Assembly: GCA_963675745.2 (NCBI GenBank)
Contig: CAXXWX010000016.1
Span: forward strand, 96,001 to 160,000
Direction: 5' to 3'
Origin: Phycisphaerae bacterium
GTDB lineage: Bacteria > Planctomycetota > Phycisphaerae > UBA1845 > Fen-1342
Length of the DNA stretch: 64,000 nt
Shown: positions 10,047 through 19,345 of the stretch, one piece after another
How positions within the stretch are numbered: the stretch's first letter is position 1
How the letters are laid out: every line of letters begins with the position of its first letter
Program-made: the position numbers and the translations under genes
The notes under the pieces: model-generated
Seen by the model: the letters and a program-made list of their open reading frames with translations, nothing else
Databases searched by the model: none
Told to the model about the DNA's origin: nothing

Positions 10047-10325
10047 CTACGCCGCTACAAGGGCGGTGTGTAGCTCCACGCCAACCTCGCGGCAGTCATC
10101 AGGGGCGAACCCGTCCAATCCGTATGTTTGAGAGAAGATTCGCGACAGAGCGTTCGCCGCGTCGTTGGGGGAGTGGAGTGCACCCGCCTGGGATACGACC
10201 AAGAGGATCTGCTGATCGTATTCATCCGCGGGACAACCATTTGCCAGCAGGCCACACGGATCCCACTCATGGATGATCTGACGCACGATCAACTCGAACT
10301 GTTTCCAGCGCTTCCTATCCGTCAT
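10047..10325 (-). CDS. Small WDP..DEY helical protein (DUF1871/YugE-like)
   Basis: 92 aa from MTDRKRW with a GAGGA RBS; motif IIHEWDPCGL...PADEYD. Confidence 0.6.
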   Translation of the reverse strand: MTDRKRWKQFELIVRQIIHEWDPCGLLANGCPADEYDQQILLVVSQAGALHSPNDAANALSRIFSQTYGLDGFAPDDCREVGVELHTALVAA

Positions 10326-10545
10326 CTTCACATCCTCGTATGCAAGCTGGCGATGTCTGGTTTGCCGTTGCGGGCCCCCATGATCGCCCGCATTCCCGCG
10401 GGGCGCGTTTCCTAAACCCACGGCATTCTACTACGGCTAGCAGAGTGTGCGAATGCATGGCGTCTGTGGCTGACCGCCGACAAACGTGCCAACTAACACA
10501 AACCGCTCACCCGCGTTTGGGCCTTGGATTGGGAGTGTGATTCGG

Positions 10546-10575
10546 TTGCGTTTTCCGACGGTATCGGGATATACT
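10546..10575 (+). promoter_or_regulatory. Putative sigma70 promoter for the leader and ABC-F gene
   Basis: TTGCGT-N18-TATACT. Confidence 0.4.
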
Positions 10576-10635
10576 GACCGCTGGACAATCTTAATCCTTC
10601 ACGTGGTGGTTTCACGGAATGACCGACCGGTAGAC

Positions 10636-10749
10636 ATGACGAAACGTGTGCGACGCTCCCCGCGTTGCCGCCGCCGGCCGCCTGTGTTGCGCGGCTCGCG
10701 ACGTCGTTTCGTCAACTGCCGTGCTCCCGTGGCCGCCGTTTTTGTGTAA
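10636..10749 (+). CDS. Putative Arg-rich leader peptide (37 aa)
   Basis: MTKRVRRSPRCRRRPPVLRGSRRRFVNCRAPVAAVFV. Its 3' end and stop codon are complementary to the ABC-F RBS/start region. Confidence 0.35.
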   Translation: MTKRVRRSPRCRRRPPVLRGSRRRFVNCRAPVAAVFV

Positions 10750-10850
10750 TCCCAGAAAACAACACCGGCCGTGCCACGGGGCTGTCGTGGTGATCAGGCG
10801 CGCCCGACGCCGTCGAATCGGCGCGGCGCAAATGGCCGGGAGTTACACAA

Positions 10851-12491
10851 ATGTTGCCAGCCAGTCTGGAGTTCCAGGGCGTTACTTTCATCTACGATTC
10901 GGCCGCCGACCCGGTGTTTGAGCAATTGTCGGCGTGTTTCCCACGCGGTTGGACCGGAATCATCGGCGCAAACGGCTCCGGCAAGACTACGCTCCTGCGG
11001 CTGGCATGTGGCATGCTGATGCCGATACACGGGCGCGTTATCGCACCGGACCGCGTTATCTATTGCCCGCAGCGTACTGATGATCCACCCGGAGAACTGA
11101 CGGCGTTTGTCGACGCCACCGACCGACTCGCCTGCGCCTTGCGCGGGCAACTCGGCGTGTTGGCCGAGTGGGTCGAGCGCTGGCAGACACTCAGTCACGG
11201 CGAGCGGAAGCGCGCGCAAATCGCAGTGGCCTTGTGGCACGAACCCCGCCTGCTCGCCATCGATGAGCCGACCAACCACATTGACCTGCACGCTCGGCAA
11301 CAGCTTGGCCACGCGCTATCAACTTTCCGCGGCGTCGGACTGCTCGTCAGTCACGACCGTGCCCTGCTGGACCGACTCTGTCGCCAGTGCCTGATGGTCG
11401 AGTCGCCCAGCGCGACCATCCGCCCCGGCGGGTACACCAAAGCGACCGAGCTGGCCAAAGCGGAATTGCAGCGGCGACGCACCGAACGCGAACAGGCCCG
11501 ACATGAGCTCGCGCGCTTGAAGCGCGAAGCGGCCAAGCGGCAACAGGAAGCCGCCGCCTCACATAAGAAGCGCTCCAAGCGCGGCCTGGCGATCAAGGAC
11601 CACGATGCGAAATTCAAGATCAACCAGGCACGTATCACGGGCAAGGATGGCAAGGCCGGCGAGTTGTACAACCAGCTCCAGGGGCGTGTGCAGCAGGCAA
11701 GTGAGCGGCTTGACCGGCGCAGCGTCCCGCGGCAACAGCGCATGGGCATTCGGCTGACCGGCGAACGCTCGCGACGCGACACCCTGTTGCGCCTACCGGC
11801 ACAGACGATCCCACTGTGGCACCGGCCGGCATTCAGAGATCCGTGGCACCGGTTTCAAACCGGTGATACGGCAGTTAAGTGCCCGGCCGGCGCCCCGCCA
11901 GAAGCATCAGCGGAAGCGCCCGCGCGGCCAGGCCAGCGCACATTGGCTATCCCCGATCTGGAAATCACCCCCGACGCGCGCATCGCTCTGACAGGTCCGA
12001 ACGGATCCGGCAAGAGCACGCTCCTGCGCCACATCACGCACGAGCTCTCGCTCCCGCCCGATCGCCTGATCTACCTCCCCCAGGAACTGCCGGCCGCCGC
12101 GGCCGACGCCGCCCTTCGTGACCTGCACAGCCTGCGCAGCGATGCATACGGCGAGATGATCTCGACCATCGCCCGGCTCGGCTCCGACCCCGAGCGCGTA
12201 ATGCAGGCAGAGCATCCCAGCCCCGGCGAGCTGCGCAAGATCCTCCTGGCGCGCGGCCTGACGAAACGCCCGTACCTGATCATCATGGACGAGCCGACCA
12301 ACCATTTGGATCTGCCGTCGATCGAGTGCCTGGAGTCGGCGTTGCAACCCGCGGATTGCGCACTGCTGTTGGTGAGTCACGACCTGCCGTTCCTGAAGCG
12401 GCTGTGCCGCACCTGGTGGCATATCAAGTGCGATGCCGACGAGGCCACGATCTGCCGCCTGACAACGAGCCCGCACGCCCCTCCGAACTAG
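10851..12491 (+). CDS. ABC-F family ribosome-associated ATPase
   Basis: Two NBDs (GANGSGKT/LSHGE/DEPTNH; GPNGSGKS/SPGE/DEPTNH), long basic inter-domain linker, no TM segments. Confidence 0.9.
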   Translation: MLPASLEFQGVTFIYDSAADPVFEQLSACFPRGWTGIIGANGSGKTTLLRLACGMLMPIHGRVIAPDRVIYCPQRTDDPPGELTAFVDATDRLACALRGQLGVLAEWVERWQTLSHGERKRAQIAVALWHEPRLLAIDEPTNHIDLHARQQLGHALSTFRGVGLLVSHDRALLDRLCRQCLMVESPSATIRPGGYTKATELAKAELQRRRTEREQARHELARLKREAAKRQQEAAASHKKRSKRGLAIKDHDAKFKINQARITGKDGKAGELYNQLQGRVQQASERLDRRSVPRQQRMGIRLTGERSRRDTLLRLPAQTIPLWHRPAFRDPWHRFQTGDTAVKCPAGAPPEASAEAPARPGQRTLAIPDLEITPDARIALTGPNGSGKSTLLRHITHELSLPPDRLIYLPQELPAAAADAALRDLHSLRSDAYGEMISTIARLGSDPERVMQAEHPSPGELRKILLARGLTKRPYLIIMDEPTNHLDLPSIECLESALQPADCALLLVSHDLPFLKRLCRTWWHIKCDADEATICRLTTSPHAPPN

Positions 12492-12530
12492 CAGCCGACA
12501 TCCTCTGAAGCCGCGGCCGACGTTTTTCAT

Positions 12531-12555
12531 GTAACGGCCGGCGCCTCGCCGGCCG
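12531..12555 (+). repeat. GTAA-type REP palindrome
   Basis: GTAACGGCCGGCGCCTCGCCGGCCG. Confidence 0.7.
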
Positions 12556-12625
12556 CCGACAGCAGCACGGCGGCAGGTCTCACTGCGCTCTACCTACGTT
12601 ACATGAAGACCTGGTTGCGTGAGGC

Positions 12626-13948
12626 TCACTCGCCGTCTGACGCGACATCACTCTGGAATGGCATGGCGGGTTGAACCGGCAGTGAAAACTCGCCGCTCCA
12701 GAAAGCATCCCGTTCCCAATCGCGCAGCGCCAGCTCTTCGTCGCTTGACACACGGATGGACCAGTCTCCCCACGCACCGTCCGACGCGGCCAGCTTGTCG
12801 GCCAGCCAAGCCGGACGGTTCATCGTGGGCATGTGGAAATAGGCTTCAGTCCGCGACAGCCGCTCGAAAAGCGCATCCGCCGGATCGTTCGCGAATACCA
12901 GCCCGCGGCGCGCACTGCCGTTCGAGATCCAATGGCCTGGCGGCACGCGGCACGCGGGAATCAGCGAACTGTGAATGCGCGACCATGCCACAGACTCTCC
13001 ACGGTGCATGAGATCCCACCGCACACACAGGCTGACATCGTCCGGCCACGCGCCGGGCTCCAGGGCAATCCAGATCAGCGCAACGACCGCTGCCCAATGT
13101 GGCGTTTCGTCGTCAGGCTCCATACGCCGAACCACAACTGCGGTGTTGTCACGCAGCAATCGCAGCAACTCCGGCGAGCTCCGCGCCTGGATCGCATCCG
13201 ACGTGTGAGCCACCGCTGTGACGGGGATGTCGGCGACACCGGTCCAGGTGTTAGTCATCGAGGTCAATGGGCCCACGGCGCAGTTGAACCGCACGCTTCT
13301 TGATTCAGCGGCGATAAACGTCCTGCCGTACTCCGATCGCAGTGACGAGTACCTCACTCGCTGTCCGGCCGCCGTGAAAACGGACTCGGGCTTGGCGCTG
13401 ACCGTCCAGGGCGACAGGTCGTGAACCTCGAAGTGGAAAGGCACATCGACCGGCCAGCGGTCACGAGTCCTGATGATCCCCTTTCGCTGAAACAGGTAAC
13501 GCCATTGGTGATCGGAGAGCGTGCGGCTGGAGAGTTCATGCGTTATGGGGGGGTTTTGTGGGACGACGCTCACCGGCGCGTGATGTTCATAGGCCATCGG
13601 GACGAACCAGAGCAGCACATCGGTCGGTACGATCGACAGCCAGCCGTCACGCCTGATTTGCGGGGTGAGGTACAGTGCCCCTGCGGCGAGCACGAACATG
13701 CAACCGGCAGCCGCCATGCGCCAATAGCGGCCTGTGCGGTGCAGTTGCCGCTCGCGGCCGGCGTCGAAGCCGCACTCGGAGCAACGCAGTCCGGGTGTTC
13801 CGCGCATATCGTAGCCACAGCGTGGGCACCGCCGCCAGCCACGCGGGCGATCCCACAGCAATGCGCGATAAAGCACATACGCGCCGACGAGCAGCAGCAT
13901 CCCCGCGACAGGCCAGACCACCCAGATGTTGTCGAGCCAGGTGAGCAT
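12626..13948 (-). CDS. Membrane protein with CPxCGYD...CxECG zinc finger
   Basis: Likely start MLTWLDN. TM helix, CPRCGYDMRGTPGLRCSECG, second TM helix, large soluble domain. Confidence 0.65.
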   Translation of the reverse strand: MLTWLDNIWVVWPVAGMLLLVGAYVLYRALLWDRPRGWRRCPRCGYDMRGTPGLRCSECGFDAGRERQLHRTGRYWRMAAAGCMFVLAAGALYLTPQIRRDGWLSIVPTDVLLWFVPMAYEHHAPVSVVPQNPPITHELSSRTLSDHQWRYLFQRKGIIRTRDRWPVDVPFHFEVHDLSPWTVSAKPESVFTAAGQRVRYSSLRSEYGRTFIAAESRSVRFNCAVGPLTSMTNTWTGVADIPVTAVAHTSDAIQARSSPELLRLLRDNTAVVVRRMEPDDETPHWAAVVALIWIALEPGAWPDDVSLCVRWDLMHRGESVAWSRIHSSLIPACRVPPGHWISNGSARRGLVFANDPADALFERLSRTEAYFHMPTMNRPAWLADKLAASDGAWGDWSIRVSSDEELALRDWERDAFWSGEFSLPVQPAMPFQSDVASDGE

Positions 13949-14022
13949 CAGGGAATTGTACCGGAAGGCGCTTGCCGCGGTGGCAAGTTGCCGGGAGTTC
14001 ACGCCGCACTGCCGGGCTTGAC

Positions 14023-14047
14023 GTAACGGCCGACGCCTCGTCGGCCG
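14023..14047 (+). repeat. GTAA-type REP palindrome
   Basis: GTAACGGCCGACGCCTCGTCGGCCG, with a compensatory change relative to other copies. Confidence 0.7.
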
Positions 14048-14223
14048 TCGCTGTCAGCGCGTGCCGCGCTCGCTCAAAGCGGCGGCCACGACGCGGGCGC
14101 TTGCCGGGAGTTCAACCCGCGCGGCCTTTGGTGAAGTTGCGCAGACGCCAGCAACCGGCGACGATGGGCGACAATCTGCGCGGCGGTCATAGTCACGCGG
14201 CGCCGAGCCACCTACGATCGCGC

Positions 14224-15768
14224 GTGAAGAGCAAGCGAAGCAGAAAGCGTCGCGGGGAGTCCGCCGACCTCTCCGCGTGTCTCCGATGGGCGCGCGAATA
14301 TCTTCCTGATTATTTCACCGACGACCCGTGCCAGTTCCACCGCGAGCTGGTGCGCGACCTTCAGGACTCGCGCAAACGCCTGATCGCCCGCGTGGCTCCG
14401 CGCGGTCACGCCAAGAGCACCTGTAGCGCCTTCGCATACCCCCTGTGGTGCATCTGCCAGCAGTTGCGCCGGAACATCGTGATCATCACCCACGAAACCT
14501 CACTGGCCACACAATTCGTACGCGACATTCGGGGCGAGCTCGAGTGCAACGAGCGGATTCTGGAGGAGTACGGCGACCTCTGCAGCGACGAGGCGGCAGC
14601 CGATGACCGATCGGGGGTTACCCCTTCCGACCGTCCCGCCAAACAGCAGCAGACGAAAGCGACACAGCGACCTAAGCGCGCTGCCAAACGGCGACGAACC
14701 TGGTCACAGACCAAGTTCACGACGACGACCGGGATCACAGTGCAGGCCAAGGGCACCGGTGCCAGCTTCCGCGGCGCGCGCGTCGGTCCACATCGGCCCG
14801 ATTTGATCGTCTGCGACGATATCGAGAAAGATGAGCACGTCGAATCGCCCGAGGGACGCCGCAAGCTCGAACATTGGTTGCGACGCGTGGTCATGCCGGC
14901 CCTGGCGCCGGATGGGCAGCTGCTCGTGCTGGGATCGATCATCCACTACGACTCACTGCTCGCGAATCTGCGTGACAAGCAGCGGTTTCCGCGCTGGGAC
15001 TACCGGGTCTACCGCGCCCTCGAGGCCGAGCAGCAGACGGATGGCACGTATCGTCGTGTGGCATTGTGGCCGGCGCGCTGGCCGGTGGAACGGTTGGACA
15101 TCGAGCGCGAGCGCGTCGGCACGCTGGCGTTCGAGCAGGAATACATGGCCAACCCGATCGATGACACCATCCGCGTGTTCCGCCCGGAGTGGCTGCGGCG
15201 TTACGAAGACGCCGAGCTGCCCGGGAAGCGCGCCGTGACTCTGATGGCCGTCGATCCGGCCACCGGCGTCAGCGGCGGCGACTACTTCGCGCTCTGGGTT
15301 GGCGACCTCGATCCAAACACGGGCGTCATCTTCACCCGCCGGCTCACGCTGGACCGCATCGGCGTTGTGCAGCAGATCAAACGCATCATCGCCGCGTTCG
15401 ACGAGTGGCACCCGATGAGGATAGGGATTGAAACCGTTGCGTATCAGGTCGCGCTCAAGGAAATCCTCGAGGAAGAAAGCCGCAAGCGCGGCCTGTACAT
15501 GCCGATCGTGTCGCTCCAGACAACGGCGAATAAACGCGCCCGCATCGAAGGTAGCTCGACGTTTTACGAGAACGGTATGTTCCGATTGCCGCCACAGCTT
15601 GACCCGGAAATCGAGCGCCAGTTTCTGCACTTCCCCAAGGCCCGCCATGACGATGCGCCCGACGTATGCGCGATGGGCATCGAATTGGCGCGAGCACTGC
15701 GCGGCGGACTGGGTGTCGATGGCACCATCGGCGGAACGAATCCGTTTGCGCGCAACGGCGGATGGTGA
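14224..15768 (+). CDS. Phage terminase large subunit (orphan); start uncertain
   Basis: Walker A APRGHAKST, RGAR...RPDLIVCDDIE Walker B, LWPARW, FEQEY, nuclease motifs AVDPA, IETVAYQ, NKRARI, FPKARHDDAPD. Confidence 0.88.
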   Translation: MKSKRSRKRRGESADLSACLRWAREYLPDYFTDDPCQFHRELVRDLQDSRKRLIARVAPRGHAKSTCSAFAYPLWCICQQLRRNIVIITHETSLATQFVRDIRGELECNERILEEYGDLCSDEAAADDRSGVTPSDRPAKQQQTKATQRPKRAAKRRRTWSQTKFTTTTGITVQAKGTGASFRGARVGPHRPDLIVCDDIEKDEHVESPEGRRKLEHWLRRVVMPALAPDGQLLVLGSIIHYDSLLANLRDKQRFPRWDYRVYRALEAEQQTDGTYRRVALWPARWPVERLDIERERVGTLAFEQEYMANPIDDTIRVFRPEWLRRYEDAELPGKRAVTLMAVDPATGVSGGDYFALWVGDLDPNTGVIFTRRLTLDRIGVVQQIKRIIAAFDEWHPMRIGIETVAYQVALKEILEEESRKRGLYMPIVSLQTTANKRARIEGSSTFYENGMFRLPPQLDPEIERQFLHFPKARHDDAPDVCAMGIELARALRGGLGVDGTIGGTNPFARNGGW

Positions 15769-16013
15769 GGCCCGGCCAGCTACGCGCACCGCCACAATCG
15801 CCGGCGTGAGTTGTCACGATCTCCGGTTCTTCGGTTATCATCATGCGCACCGTGGCCCCGTGTTTGCAGCTCGCCGCGGAAGCCGCCACGATCCCGCGTG
15901 GCCGAAGCGGATCGCCAAAACCGCCGTGAGATTCATGTGCCGCCACGGGGCGCGGCTGTTAAGATCATCTTCGCAACGGCCTGTTTGCTGTTACTCGGAC
16001 ACGAGGAGCTCAG

Positions 16014-16385
16014 ATGCCAAGCGGCGCGCAACTCAGCATTGACACGATAGAGGATGTGACCGTTGTGAGCTTTGAGGACACGCGGATTCTCGGGACGGTG
16101 CAGATCGAGGCGATCAAGTCCGAGCTGAACCGTCTGGTAACAGAGCGCAAATGCCAGAAACTCATCCTCGAGTTCAGCCGAGTGCAGTTTCTGGCATCGT
16201 CGGCGGTCGGGGCACTCCTGAACCTGCAGAAACAGAGCTCGGCGATCAAGGGAACGCTGGTCATCAGCGGGCTGAAGGACAAGCTGCTGAAGATCTTCGA
16301 GATAATGAAGATCAAGAAGCTCTTTACGTTCTGTCCTACGCTGGACGAGGCCCTGCAGCATTTCGGACTTAGCGAATCGGCTTAG
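16014..16385 (+). CDS. STAS-domain anti-sigma factor antagonist
   Basis: LILEFSRVQFLASSAVGALL...LLKIFEIMKI; GAGGAG RBS. Confidence 0.9.
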   Translation: MPSGAQLSIDTIEDVTVVSFEDTRILGTVQIEAIKSELNRLVTERKCQKLILEFSRVQFLASSAVGALLNLQKQSSAIKGTLVISGLKDKLLKIFEIMKIKKLFTFCPTLDEALQHFGLSESA

Positions 16386-16453
16386 CGTGACGCCAATCGA
16401 CGCAACTCCAAGTGCCGATAACGTGTGCTGCGAAACATGCTCGGGCATTTGTT

Positions 16454-16482
16454 TTGCCACCGGGGTTTGTCGGGGCTAGTAT
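16454..16482 (+). promoter_or_regulatory. Putative sigma70 promoter
   Basis: TTGCCA-N17-TAGTAT. Confidence 0.45.
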
Positions 16483-16585
16483 ATATGTGGCAGGGTCAGC
16501 TCAACGCGGGCCAGAAGTCTTGACTAATTCATAATCGTCTTAGTGTGCGCTTACTCAGCGCGCCTGTGTACCGAGGGTTGAGAGC

Positions 16586-17242
16586 ATGTTGTCTGCGTTT
16601 TCACGGCGTGTTTTACTGAGCGGGCTCGTGTGCCTCCTGGGGGGCAGCGTCAGCTTTGCGGAACTCAGCCAGGTTTCCGTGTTCCTCGATCAGTCGAACG
16701 AGTTCGCCGACGGCCAGATGTACGGGCGTGTGGACGTGACTGCGAATTCGCAAACCGGCGTCGTGAGCTTCCATGTCGAGGCGTTTTCCAATCCCGAGTA
16801 TGACGTGCCTGGGTGGAACCAGGGTTTTGACAGCTTTGGGTTCAACTTCAGTGGAATTGCCGACCGGGTCTGGACCTGGTCGTGGTCGAAGCCTACCAAC
16901 TGGATCAGCCGGACGAACCGGCGCCAGGATGGCTTTGGGCTGTTCGACATCATCATTCAAAAGGGGCCCGGCGGCAGTCGCCAAGAGCCGCTCGACTTTG
17001 AGTTTACCCTCCCGAATGCCAGCGATGCCGTGGTCAGCAATTTCATCGACCTGTCGCGTGACCAGGCCGACCAGGGCAACCAGGTCTTCGCAGCCCACTA
17101 TGCCGGATTTAACGCCGGCGACTCGGTTTCCAGCCACTTCATTGGCGGCTCGACGCCGCACGTTGTCCCCTTGCCAAGCGCCCTGTTGCTGGGCGGCTTT
17201 GGGCTATCCCTTGTCTGCCGTCTACGGCGCCGCCTGGCCTAG
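16586..17242 (+). CDS. Secreted protein with VPLP-type PEP-CTERM-like sorting tail (paralog 1)
   Basis: Signal peptide; C-terminus VPLPSALLLGGFGLSLVCRLRRRLA. Confidence 0.85.
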   Translation: MLSAFSRRVLLSGLVCLLGGSVSFAELSQVSVFLDQSNEFADGQMYGRVDVTANSQTGVVSFHVEAFSNPEYDVPGWNQGFDSFGFNFSGIADRVWTWSWSKPTNWISRTNRRQDGFGLFDIIIQKGPGGSRQEPLDFEFTLPNASDAVVSNFIDLSRDQADQGNQVFAAHYAGFNAGDSVSSHFIGGSTPHVVPLPSALLLGGFGLSLVCRLRRRLA

Positions 17243-17441
17243 CCGGCAACCAACTGACGCCGCTGTCTCCCCACCGGCGCGCACCACCCCGAAAAATGCC
17301 CGATAAACCCTCCGGGGAAAATACGTATTTGCTTTGGCGGGCGGCCTATCCACGGTATTATGGACTCGGCAGGCTCGTAGGGTCCCGGGTGTGGCCTTTC
17401 GGAAGATGTCCGTGCATCGTCGTGATTTTAAGGGGAAGATT

Positions 17442-18098
17442 GTGAGCCCATCACTTCCACGCAGATTCCTCGTCGTCGGCTTGATTTGCACGCTTGGCGC
17501 CGCCATCAGTGTTGCGGGCTTCAGCGAGATGTCGATCTTCCTTGATCAGTCGAACGAGTTCGCGGACGGCCCGAGCTATGGCCGTGTGGACATCACGGCT
17601 GATTCCACCACCGGTCTGGTCACATTCCATGTCGACTCGTATACGGTTGCCGACTACGTCAGCCTGAGTTCGAACGCCGGCTTTCAGACCTTTGGCTTCA
17701 ACTTCACCGGAGTCAGCGATCCGGTGTCGGCGTGGAGCGACTGGTCGCGCCCGAGCGGTTGGGGCGTGCACACGAACTCAAACCAGGACGGTTTTGGAGA
17801 GTTCGACGTCGTCCTGAGCGGCAATGGCGGCAACCGCGTTGAGTCGATCGAGTTCGAGTTCAAGCTCCCCGACGCCAGCCAGGCCGTAGTTGACAACTTC
17901 ATCGATTTCTCACATGACTCGGCGGGCCAGGGCAACGTCTTCTTTGCGGGCCACTACGCCGGCTTCACCGGCACCCCGGGCAGCAATTACATTGGCGGCA
18001 GCAAGATCGTGCCGCCTCAGGTTCCGATACCAGGGGCAGCGCTGTTGGGGGCCATTGGGTTGTCGGTCGTGTGCGGGATTCGTCGTCGGCTAGCCTGA
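17442..18098 (+). CDS. Secreted protein with VPIP-type PEP-CTERM-like sorting tail (paralog 2)
   Basis: GTG start after AGGGGAAG. Shares FLDQSNEFADG, YGRVD, FGFNF, QDGFG.FD and GN..FA.HYAGF with paralog 1; tail VPIPGAALLGAIGLSVVCGIRRRLA. Confidence 0.85.
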   Translation: MSPSLPRRFLVVGLICTLGAAISVAGFSEMSIFLDQSNEFADGPSYGRVDITADSTTGLVTFHVDSYTVADYVSLSSNAGFQTFGFNFTGVSDPVSAWSDWSRPSGWGVHTNSNQDGFGEFDVVLSGNGGNRVESIEFEFKLPDASQAVVDNFIDFSHDSAGQGNVFFAGHYAGFTGTPGSNYIGGSKIVPPQVPIPGAALLGAIGLSVVCGIRRRLA

Positions 18099-18187
18099 AG
18101 CCTGACACTCGCCAACAGCCGGTGGTGCGAGCGCTGAGCGCATCCACCCCAGGGTTTATATGTCGCTACTCACCCGACCGGCTCACT

Positions 18188-19306
18188 CTATGCGCTGCCG
18201 CCCAGCAGCCTCACCAGCACCCCGCGCATTTCCTGTAGAAAACGCGACCCGCTGAACCGCCCCATCAGCGTGTGCATGTGCATCGGGTCAAAACCTGTGT
18301 GGGTGGCACGCTCGATGGCGTCAATCACGGCGTCCGTTGTCTGCTCCTCGAACCACACGCCTGTTTCACCAGGGACAACCGTCTCGCACGCCCCCCCGAC
18401 GGCATAGGCCACCACCGGGCAACCATGGGCCATCGCCTCGACCGGCACGATGCCGAAATCCTCTTCACCGGGGAATAGCAGCGCCGCGGCACGGCGGTAG
18501 TGCGCGTTGATCACATCCGCACGCTGCCAGCCCAGCCACTCCACATTGGCCGACTTGCGGCGTTTCAGGCGGCTCACGTCGGGGCCTTCACCGATCACGA
18601 CCAGATGCCGGCCGAGTGCTTCGGCCGCCAGGAGTGCCAGGTCGAGCCGCTTGTAGGGCACGTGATGGCCAACCGCGAGTAGAAAATCCTCGCGGGCGGT
18701 GGTCGTGGGTTTGGACGGCAGATCAACGGGCGGATAGACCACCACGCTATCGCGCCCGTAATAGCGCTCTATGCGCGCGGCCACGTGCCGGGAATTGGCC
18801 ACGAACTGGTCCACACGCTGCGCCGCCGCGTGGTCGGCCTTGCGAATACGGGCAGTCGTCCACTCCCAAAGCGGGTACAGAACACGCGGTAGAGTGCGGC
18901 GATATTCGCGTGACAACTCTGGTTCCCAGGCGTAGCGCGCCGGGGAGTGGCAATAGCAGGCGACTTTGCTGCGCGCGTGTGGCGTCATCGCCTTGGCGAT
19001 CGCGGCGTCAGAGCAAACGACCAGATCCACATCGGGCAGCCGCATCCGGCGATAGGCCAGCGGCATGAGCGGCAGCAACTTGGGGTACAGCTTCAGCGCG
19101 TGGGGGATGTGCTGGATAAACGACGTGTGGATTTCCCTAGTCGGATCGTCGGGTTCGAAGCGGAAATCCGGGTTGTGAACAAGCGTGTAGATCGGACTGT
19201 CGGCTGGCAGCAGCGCTGCGATGGCCTCCAGCACGCGTTCACCGCCCCGCCGACGAATGAGCCAGTGATGCGTCAGGGCCGCGGTGCATTCCAGTCGATC
19301 ATCCAT
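18188..19306 (-). CDS. GT4-family glycosyltransferase
   Basis: Start MDDRLE. HHWL..RRGGERVL, YCHSPARYAW, YKRLDL, EEDFGIVPVEAMAHG. Confidence 0.92.
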   Translation of the reverse strand: MDDRLECTAALTHHWLIRRRGGERVLEAIAALLPADSPIYTLVHNPDFRFEPDDPTREIHTSFIQHIPHALKLYPKLLPLMPLAYRRMRLPDVDLVVCSDAAIAKAMTPHARSKVACYCHSPARYAWEPELSREYRRTLPRVLYPLWEWTTARIRKADHAAAQRVDQFVANSRHVAARIERYYGRDSVVVYPPVDLPSKPTTTAREDFLLAVGHHVPYKRLDLALLAAEALGRHLVVIGEGPDVSRLKRRKSANVEWLGWQRADVINAHYRRAAALLFPGEEDFGIVPVEAMAHGCPVVAYAVGGACETVVPGETGVWFEEQTTDAVIDAIERATHTGFDPMHMHTLMGRFSGSRFLQEMRGVLVRLLGGSA

Positions 19307-19345
19307 GGCGAGAGTATAGCGGACGAGGCGGGGGGAGAAGAAACC

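Noticed and set aside
12626..18098. Prophage around the terminase gene
   Set aside because: The flanking genes are host-type; no integrase, portal, capsid, tail or att-like boundary is visible.
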